Position numbers and translations under genes: made by a program | Assembly (NCBI GenBank): GCA_038087875.1 | Contig: JAXLNO010000237.1 | Coordinates: forward strand, 62,001 to 92,453 | Origin: Malacoraja senta | Taxonomy: Eukaryota | Direction: 5' to 3' | Length of the DNA: 30,453 nucleotides | Shown: positions 23,265 to 30,453 of the stretch, in pieces | Layout: each line of letters begins with the position of its first letter | Numbering within the stretch: the stretch's first letter is position 1 | Notes under the pieces: model-generated | The model's database searches: none | Seen by the model: only the letters and a program-made list of their open reading frames with translations | What the model was told of the DNA's origin: nothing

Positions 23265-23582
23265 ACAATAGGCATCAGTCTCATAGCTGAGTCACAAGTT
23301 GTAGCTTCAAAACCCCACTCCAAGTACTTGAACACAAAACTGGGTACATTCCAGTGCAGTAGGGAGGGATGGTTAGTTCTGTTTATTCTCTCATTTGAAC
23401 ACGACACCAGTTCACTGGGTTTGTTCTTGGGCCATATTTATCCATAATCCAAAATTACAAACATTTAAAAATGAGGCAATTCATAATTTTCATAAGTGCG
23501 ACAGTTCGTGGGAATGTAATTAATTGTACAGCCCTTGGGATATTCCGACTAGCCATGAATATGCTTGCAAAGTAGTTTATTT
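23265..23582 (+). mobile_element. Old DeuSINE (SacSINE1-like) relic
   Basis: CTGAGTCACAAGTTGTAGCTTCAAAACCCCACTCCAAGTACTTGAACACA..TCCAGTGCAGTAGGGAGGGA resembles the recalled SacSINE1 head, and 23520-23580 resembles its tail. A similar tail lies at about 20560-20651. Confidence 0.5.
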
Positions 23583-24156
23583 CAGTTCATGATGTTTTGC
23601 ACAGAGCTATGGCAAAATGTCAGTGGTCACAGTGTGCACTGTATCCCACAAGTGCTGGCACTTTTCTGAATTAAGTATAAAGAAACAATCTTCATCAAAG
23701 TATTCCGATGTAAAGCTGCTGCTTGCTGAGAGCAAATTGATGCCAAGTTTCTTCCACATTTCTCCCGAGACAAATTTAATTCTGGTGTGCAATGTAGATA
23801 AAGAATGGATGAAAACCTGTCAGGCCAGCTTTCAACCCCGCATGTATTTCACACACATTTTCAGTGACAAGTCAGGTGGTAATAGCCACTCCATTGTGCC
23901 AGCAGCAAGTATTTCATTTAAATTTGATTTAAGATGGCTGAATTGACATCATTATGGATTACAAGAAGGTTGGTTTCACTACTGTTGGCTGCTCGCCAAT
24001 ACAGGTTGTTACTCTATTAATAAGTCAAGACGACTTTGTTGTCACATGCACAGTTATGGTGTGATCCAGGCACAATGAAAATCTTGCTTGCAGCAGTATC
24101 ACAGACACATGGATTCGAACAACACACAAAAACATTAGGTACATTCGCTTTCTTCT

Positions 24157-24820
24157 CAGCAGGCAGTGAAGAAAGCAAATGGCATGTTGGCCTTTATAAC
24201 AAGAGGAATTGAATATAGGAGCAAAGAGGTCCTTCTGCAGTTGTACAGAGCCCTAGTGAGACCACACCTGAAGTATTGTGTACAGTTTTGGTCCCCTAAT
24301 TTGAGGAAGGACATTCTTGCTATTGAGGGAGTGTAGCGTAGGTTTACAAGGTTAATTCCCAGTATGGCGGGACTGTCATATGCTGAGAGAATGGAGCAGC
24401 TGGGCTTGTACACTCTGGAGTTTAGAAGGATGAGAGGTTATCTCATTGAAACATATAAGATTGTTAAGGGTTTGGACACGCTAGAGGCAGGAAACATGTT
24501 CCCGATGTTGGGGGAGTCCAGAACCAGGGGCCACAGTTTAAGAATAAAGAGGAAGCCATTTAGAACGGAGACGAGGAAACACTTTTTCTCACAGAGAGTG
24601 GTGAGTCTGTGGAATTCTCTGCCTCAGAGGGCGGTGGAGGCGGGTTCTCTGGATGTTTTCAAGAGAGAGCTAGATAGGGCTCTTAAAAATAGCGGAGTCA
24701 GGGGATATGGGGAGAAGGCAGGAACTGATTGGGGATGATCAGCCATGATCACATTGAATGACGGTGCTGGCTCGAAGGGCCGAATGGTCTACTCCTGCAC
24801 CTATTGTCTATTGTCTATTG
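24157..24820 (+). mobile_element. 5'-truncated CR1 (HER1-like) LINE
   Basis: QQAVKKANGMLAFI, LYRALVRPHL, RRMRGYLIETYK and TRGHSL motifs with a (CTATTGT)n tail. Confidence 0.92.
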
Positions 24821-24822
24821 TA

Positions 24823-25000
24823 CAGTTCCCTCCATAATGTTTGGGACATAGACCCATCATTTATTTATTTGCCTCTGTACTCCACAGCTTGAGATTTGTA
24901 ATAGAAAAAATCACATGCGGTTAAAGTGCACATTGTCAGATTTTATTAAAGGCCATTTTTATACATTTTGGTTTCACCATGTGGAAATTACAGCTGTTTT
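24823..25000 (+). mobile_element. Tc1-like DNA transposon terminal fragment
   Basis: TA followed by CAGTTCCCTCCATAATGTTTGGGACA, a Tc1-type TIR start. The other end was not found. Confidence 0.55.
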
Positions 25001-25074
25001 TGCAACTGCTCTGGATGAACAATTTTTAATCTTGTGTTGTGGCCTCGATAAGAAGAACAATGTTATCCTTCCTA

Positions 25075-26640
25075 TCTGAATGACCAGAATTCTATACAGT
25101 ACTCAAAGTGGGGTCTCACCAATGATTTGTACAGCTGCATCATGATGTCCCAATAGTTGTACTCAATATCCTTCCCGATGAAGGCATGCGTGCCAAACAC
25201 ATTCTTTACCACGCTATCCACTTGATTCATCACTTTTAGGCAACCGTGTACCTGTTCTCCCAGATCCCTCTGTTCTGTAACACTTTCCAGGTTCTATTTA
25301 CTGTGCAAGTCCTACTCTGGTTTGACAATCCAAAGTGCAACATATCAAACTTAAATGTCAGAGGTAAGTGTCATTGGCCATTCCCAGGCCAAAACTTCCC
25401 AACTGATCTAGATCTTGTTGTGAAATTAGATATCCTTCCTCACTGTCTACTATACCACCAATTTTGGTGTCAGCTGCAAATTTACTTCCAATTTTAATAG
25501 CATTGTCATCCAAATCATTAATGTACATAACAAAAAGCAGTGGGCCTAGCATCGACCCCTGTGGGCACACCACTGATCATAGAACCAGAAATACACCATC
25601 CACGACTACCCTTTGGATTCCTTCCCATAGGCCAATGTTAAATCCAATTAGCTAACTCACCTTGGAAGCCATACAATCTCACCTTCTAGATGAACCTACC
25701 TAACCATGTGGGCTCTTGCTAAAGCTTTGCTAAAGTCCAAAAAGACAATGTCCACTGCCCTGCCCTCATCAATCCATTAGTGATACAACACGGGCATGGG
25801 CCCTTCGACCCACTGAGTCCATGCTGACCAGTGACCACCCCGCTCACTAGCACTATCCTAGACACTAGGAACAATGTACAATTTCCAAAAGCCAATTAAC
25901 CTACAGTCTGAAGGAGGGTCTTGACCCAAAAGGTCACCCGTTCCTTTTTTCCAGAGATGCTGCCTGACCCGCTGAGTCACTCCAGCATTTTGTGTCTATC
26001 TTCAGTGTAAAATAGCATCTGCAGTTCCTTCCTACACAATCTACAAACCTGTTAGGTTGTGGAGTGTGGGAGGAAACCAGAGCACCTGGAGAAAACTCAT
26101 GAGGTCACAGGGAGAATGTGCAAGCTACGTACAGACAGCGCCTATAGTCAGGATCAAATCCGGGTCTCTAGTGCAGTAAGGCAGCAACTCTACCAATGCT
26201 CCACTGTGCTGCGCTGATCCTCTTGGTGATCTCCTCAAAATATGTTTTAAAAGTTTGTGAAAGTGATTTTTTATGAACAAAACCATGCTGACCATCCTTA
26301 TTCAGTCTGTGCTTATCCAAACGCTGGTAGACCTTGTCCCTAAGAAACCTCTCCACCAAACCTATCCACCACTGACATCAGGCTCACTGGCCTATAGTTC
26401 CCTGGTTTGTCCTTGCTACACCTCTTAAATAATGATGCAACATTAGCCACCCTCCAGTCTTCCGGAACTTCACCTGCAGCTAAAAATGATGCAAATATCC
26501 ATATAGAGCCTCTGCTATTTCCTCCTGAGCTTCCCACATGGTATGAAGATATACGTGGTCAGGCCCTGAGGATCTAATGCACTTTATAACTGCTAATACC
26601 TCCTATTTGGTAAATCATATAGGTCTAAGACATCACAACT
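25075..26640 (-). mobile_element. Older degraded CR1 LINE RT region with nested insertions
   Basis: PEDWRVANV..KPGNYRPVSL, QHGF, PQGSMLGPLLFVMYINDLD and FAADTKIGG motifs in broken frames. Confidence 0.85.
25778..26213 (-). mobile_element. V-SINE (HE1-like) inserted in CR1 and itself split by a Penelope-like arm at 25906-26037
   Basis: Reverse complement of 27322-27628. The inner insertion has TSD AACCTACA / AATCTACA (25898-25905 / 26038-26045). Confidence 0.8.
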
Positions 26641-27321
26641 CGTATACCTCAATTCCTTTGCTACCATGATCTGAGTAAAAGCAGAATTGAACCCTGTACT
26701 CTGCTGGAATAAATTTGTACAGATCCAAAAAGTTGCTAGTCGGGTTTCTCAATACCTGAAGGATCAAGTGTTTCATCAAACTCTGCCACACCCAATGAAA
26801 CTCTGAAAATTACCTTGGTCACAGCTTTCCTCATGTGCACTGCAATGATAACAAATATTAGGTTTTGTTCTACAGTGTATGCTCTCAATAGCCAACTTTA
26901 CTGGGCCTCAGAACAACTTCATATTGTCGGTCACACTGGAATCTTAAGGGATGATCATCATGACATTGTTTTTGTACTGGCGCTTTTGTTTTTGCTGGAT
27001 GGATATTTGGCCAGGCAGCCCATGTTTCTTCCTCAGTCAGCCCACACAGAACGAACAAGAGTACAGAGTGAGTTCATTCCTGCAACTCCCTGTGGCCAAT
27101 GACAGTAGTGGAACCGTTGAAAGCCTCACAGCCAATCCTATGGCTTCTTTCACATTCGCTGAATTATGATGGTCATGATGGGGAGAAGCAAAAGGAAAAA
27201 AAAAAAGTGGCCCAATCAGTTATGAAGGTGATCAGGAGAAAATCCTATGAAATACAAGGATTAAGAATGGTTTCTTTCGTATCCAGTACTCACTCAGACA
27301 ATGCATGGAGAAAAGTAGGAA

Positions 27322-27628
27322 ACGTTGGCGCAGTGGTAGAGTTGCTGCCTTACAGTGAATGCAGCGCCGGAGACCCGGGTTCAATCCCGACTACGGGTGC
27401 TGTCTGTTTGTGTACGTTCTCCCCGTGACCTGCTTGGGTTTTCTCCAAGATCTTCGGTTTCCTCCCACACTCCAAAGATGTACAGGTTTGTAGGTTAATT
27501 GGCTTGGTAAATGTAAAAATTGTCCCTAGTGGGTGTAGGATAGTGTTAATGTGCAGGGATTGCTGGTCGGCGCGGACCTGATGGGTCGAAGGGCCTGTTT
27601 CCGCGCTGTATCTCTAAACTAAACTAAA
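27322..27628 (+). mobile_element. tRNA-derived V-SINE (HE1-like), near full length
   Basis: A box TGGCGCAGTGG (27326-27336), B box GGTTCAATCCC (27378-27388), V-domain-like TTCTCCCCGTG..GGTTTCCTCCCACACTCCAAAGA, CR1-like tail and (TAAAC)n end. Confidence 0.88.
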
Positions 27629-27641
27629 TTTCTGAGCTTAA

Positions 27642-28332
27642 AGGGCCTGTCCCACTTACCTTGGCACGCAAATTACGCGACCTAGTGGTCGCGTTGAGGC
27701 GCACGGGCATCGTATGGTCGTGCGGGGCCGGTCCCACTGAGAAGCGTGGAGTGGTATGTAGTTGTGCACGACATCGTGCGGGGCTCCGAAATTTTTGTAG
27801 CGAACGAAATATTCGCGCACCAACTGCCTGTCGCGGAACTGACGGCCAAAGTGGGACAGGCCCAAGACCCTGGCGCGATGCAACGTCTCACCTTCAACAG
27901 CAGCAGAAGCAGGCAAACGATCGCCGAACTCGGCCTGGGGCTCACGGCCGATGCGGTCCCGATCCGCCCCCACTTCTACTCCCAGAGCGGGGCCAAGAAA
28001 ATTGAAGATAGACATAAAATGCAGGAGTAACTCAGCGGGACCGGCAGCATCTCTGGAGAGAAGCAATGGGTGACGTTTCGGGTCAAGACCCTACTTTCAG
28101 ACTGAAGAAGAGTCTCGACCCAAAGCATCATCCATTCCTTCTCTCCAGAGATGCTGCCGGTCCCGCTGAGTTACTCCGGCATTTTGCGTCCATCTTCAAA
28201 TGACGTCACGCTCTCCAGACGGCTGTGCGGTCGAATGAAGTCGCTTGCGATCTTCGCGTGACTGTCAAGGCTCAACGCGACCACGAGCTCGCGTAATTAA
28301 CGTGCCATGGACACGTAAGTGGGACAGGGGCT
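27642..28332. mobile_element. Non-autonomous DNA transposon, probably PIF/Harbinger-type, containing a Penelope-like hairpin at about 28002-28199
   Basis: About 60-bp imperfect TIRs AGGGCCTGTCCCACTTAC... and ...GTAAGTGGGACAGGGGCT, TAA/TTA flanks, CpG-rich, extra internal TIR copy near 27850-27863. Confidence 0.75.
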
Positions 28333-28356
28333 TTAGGCTGTATAATATCAGTTGGA

Positions 28357-28497
28357 AATAGACATAAAATGCTGGAGTAACTCAGTAACCCGGGCAACAT
28401 CTCTGGAGAGAAGGAATGGTGACGTTTCGGGTCGAGCTACTCCATTATTTTGTGTCTATCTTCAGAGTAAACCAGCATCTGAAGTTCCTTCATACAC
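28357..28497. mobile_element. Penelope-like fold-back element (subfamily B)
   Basis: 15-bp TSD ATAATATCAGTTGGA / ATAATATTAGTTGGA (28342-28356 / 28498-28512). Confidence 0.82.
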
Positions 28498-28630
28498 ATA
28501 ATATTAGTTGGATTGGTCAGTCTAAAAATTCATTCTCACAACAATTGTGCAGTTGAAAACAGACATCTCAGAATACAACAATACTGTGGAGATTTCAGCT
28601 GCCAAAGAGCCCATTTGGAAATCCAACTCC

Positions 28631-29480
28631 TAGAACAGTACAGCACACAAACAGGTCATTCAGCCCACAATGTCCATGCCGAATATCATGCCAAGTTAAT
28701 CTCATCTACCTGCACGTGATACTTATCTCTCCACACCCTGCATATCCATCTGCCTATCTTAAATGCTACCATCATATCTGCTTCCACCACCATTCCTGCA
28801 GCATGTTCCAGGCACCCCGAATTCTATGTAGAAAAAATTTGTGTCCCCCACCACTCCTTTAAATTCCCCCCCTCTGACCTGAAAGGTATGCCCTCAAGTC
28901 TTTGACATTTGCGCCAGGGGAAAAAGATTCTGTGTCTATCCTATATCTATCTCTCATAATGTTATATACTTCTATCAGGGTCCTTCTCAACCTCCAGTGC
29001 CCCGGCATAAGCAATCCAAAAAAAACTCTAATCCAGGAAGCATTCAGGAAATTTCTTCTGCACCCTCTCCAAAGCCTCCACATTACCCTTCATGTAATGG
29101 GGCGATCTCAACTGCAACCTAACCAAAGATTTATAAAACTGCAACATGACATCCTGACTATTATACTCAATGACCTGACCAATGAAGGCAACAATAAGTC
29201 TTCCTTACCACTATTTACTTGTGTTGCCACTTTCATGGATTTGAACACCAAGTACATCAATGCTGTTAAGGGTCTTGCCAATGATCTGCATACTTTTCCC
29301 TTATATTCAAACTCCAAATTGCCACATCTCACGTGCTTGGATTAGACTCCATCTGCCATTTTGCCACCTATTTGCTTTGACAACATTCCCCAGTGTTGCA
29401 AATCCAGTGTTGTCTGCAAACCTATTAATTAACCCATCGACATTTACGTCCAGGTCATTTATACCATAGACAACTCCTGA
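28631..29480 (-). mobile_element. Degraded CR1 LINE 3' part
   Basis: RRLRRTLIEVYNIMR-like motif, FADN-like RT remnant near 29410, and the CAGCACACAAACAGGTCATTCAGCCCACAATGTC tail. Confidence 0.75.
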
Positions 29481-30019
29481 CATTTTATTCAGACTTTAGT
29501 TTCTCCAAAAACGTTATATCCAGTAATAGGCAGCCGACATGACAGCGACAGCATTGCAACATACCAAATTCACCTGCAGTGATACTTCCCATTCCCACTG
29601 GTTGAAAAATTACTGACACTACTTTAGTCATAGCTGTTCAGCCCCGAAATAGGCATTCCCCCCCCCCCCCCCCCCCACCACATCCGGATTATCTGAAATA
29701 AATCTGCCAATTTATTTTCCATTCCTTTAAGTGGAATGAAAGTTAGATTGATTCCGTAGAGTACATGCAATCTCCCCAGACAGAATTTTATCCTATCAAC
29801 AATGGTTGGAATTTTCCGTGTTGTCAATCTTGCTTTGAGCGCTAGGAAATAAGGAACCTCTCTGGCAGAAACAATAATCCTTAGTTCTCAAATCTCCAGC
29901 CGCTTTCTGCACATCTGCTGTCTTCTGTGAAATATATCACCACTTATTCTGCTAAGCTTCACAGAGTAAAAGGAATTAACCTGCTGAACTGTTATTGCAC
30001 CCACACTAAAGCAAGAATA

Positions 30020-30258
30020 GGGCAGCACAGCAAGTAGAGTTGCTGCCTCACAGCGCCAGAGACTTGGGTTCAGTCCTGACCACGGGTGCTGTCTGTGTAG
30101 AGTTTGTAAGTTCTCCTTATGACCAGGTGGGTTTCCTCCTGATGATCCGGTTTCTTTCCACATCCCAAAGCAAGCAGTTTTGTCGGTTAATTGGCCTTTA
30201 AATTGTCTCTAGTGTGTAGGGAAAGTGGGATAACAGAACCACAGTGAACCGGTGATCA
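30020..30258 (+). mobile_element. V-SINE (HE1-like), 3' part interrupted by a LINE
   Basis: GTAGAGTTGCTGCCTCACAGCGCCAGAGACTTGGGTTCAGTCCTGACCACGGGTGCTGTCTGT homology to 27322-27628. Confidence 0.8.
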
Positions 30259-30453
30259 GTGCTTTGAGAGGTTGATCATGGCGCAAATTAACTCCTACCT
30301 TGACAAAAACCTGGACCCACTGCAGTTCGCTTACCGCCACAACAGATCAACGGTGGATGCGATCTCACTGGCCCTCCACTCCACTCTGGACCACTTGGAC
30401 AACAAAAGCTCATATGTCACGCTGTTATTCATTGATTACAGCTCGGCATTTAA
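30259..30453 (+). mobile_element. Rex1/Babar-type LINE RT fragment running off the window; same subfamily as 6081-7600
   Basis: [64 protein letters not shown]. Confidence 0.9.

Noticed and set aside
26814..26839. Possible minus-strand micro-exon (TTGCAG..AAG|GTAATT) of tektin
   Set aside because: No tektin similarity, and 26 nt would break the frame. The true upstream exon was not found and probably lies beyond the window.
27322..27395. tRNA gene
   Set aside because: The A/B boxes continue into a SINE body and LINE-like tail, with several diverged copies in the window.
27656..28066. Overlapping ORFs and a CpG-island promoter
   Set aside because: They lie wholly within the TIR-bounded MITE and have no recognisable protein motif.
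12977..28128. Selection against active hammerheads on the tektin sense strand
   Set aside because: Cores are damaged on both strands, often at CpGs in CGAAACG, and the sample is too small.
29658..29676. Poly-C tract (G-run on the minus strand, possible G-quadruplex)
   Set aside because: A simple homopolymer with no supporting context.

Overview
Eukaryotic, repeat-rich vertebrate DNA. The repeat families point to a cartilaginous fish, probably a skate or ray (inference). The only host gene supported is the 3' end of a minus-strand tektin of the TEKT3/5 group, closer to TEKT5. It has a 155-bp internal exon (23084-22930) and a terminal coding exon (11060-10757) joined in phase across an 11.9-kb GT-AG intron. 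The rest is mostly mobile DNA: an internally deleted Gypsy LTR element with a tRNA-Trp primer site, Rex1/Babar-type and CR1-type LINE remnants, tRNA-derived V-SINEs, old DeuSINE-like relics, DNA-transposon MITEs and a 52-bp minisatellite. Two RNA-level signals stand out. (1) A 120-bp retroposon flanked by a target-site duplication whose 5' end folds as a compact HDV/CPEB3-like self-cleaving ribozyme (3274-3221). (2) About 10 short fold-back insertions with variable 8-15 bp target-site duplications that carry a minimal hammerhead-ribozyme core typical of Penelope-like elements. No database searches were run. Family names come from recognising motifs by eye, and repeat boundaries without TSDs are approximate.
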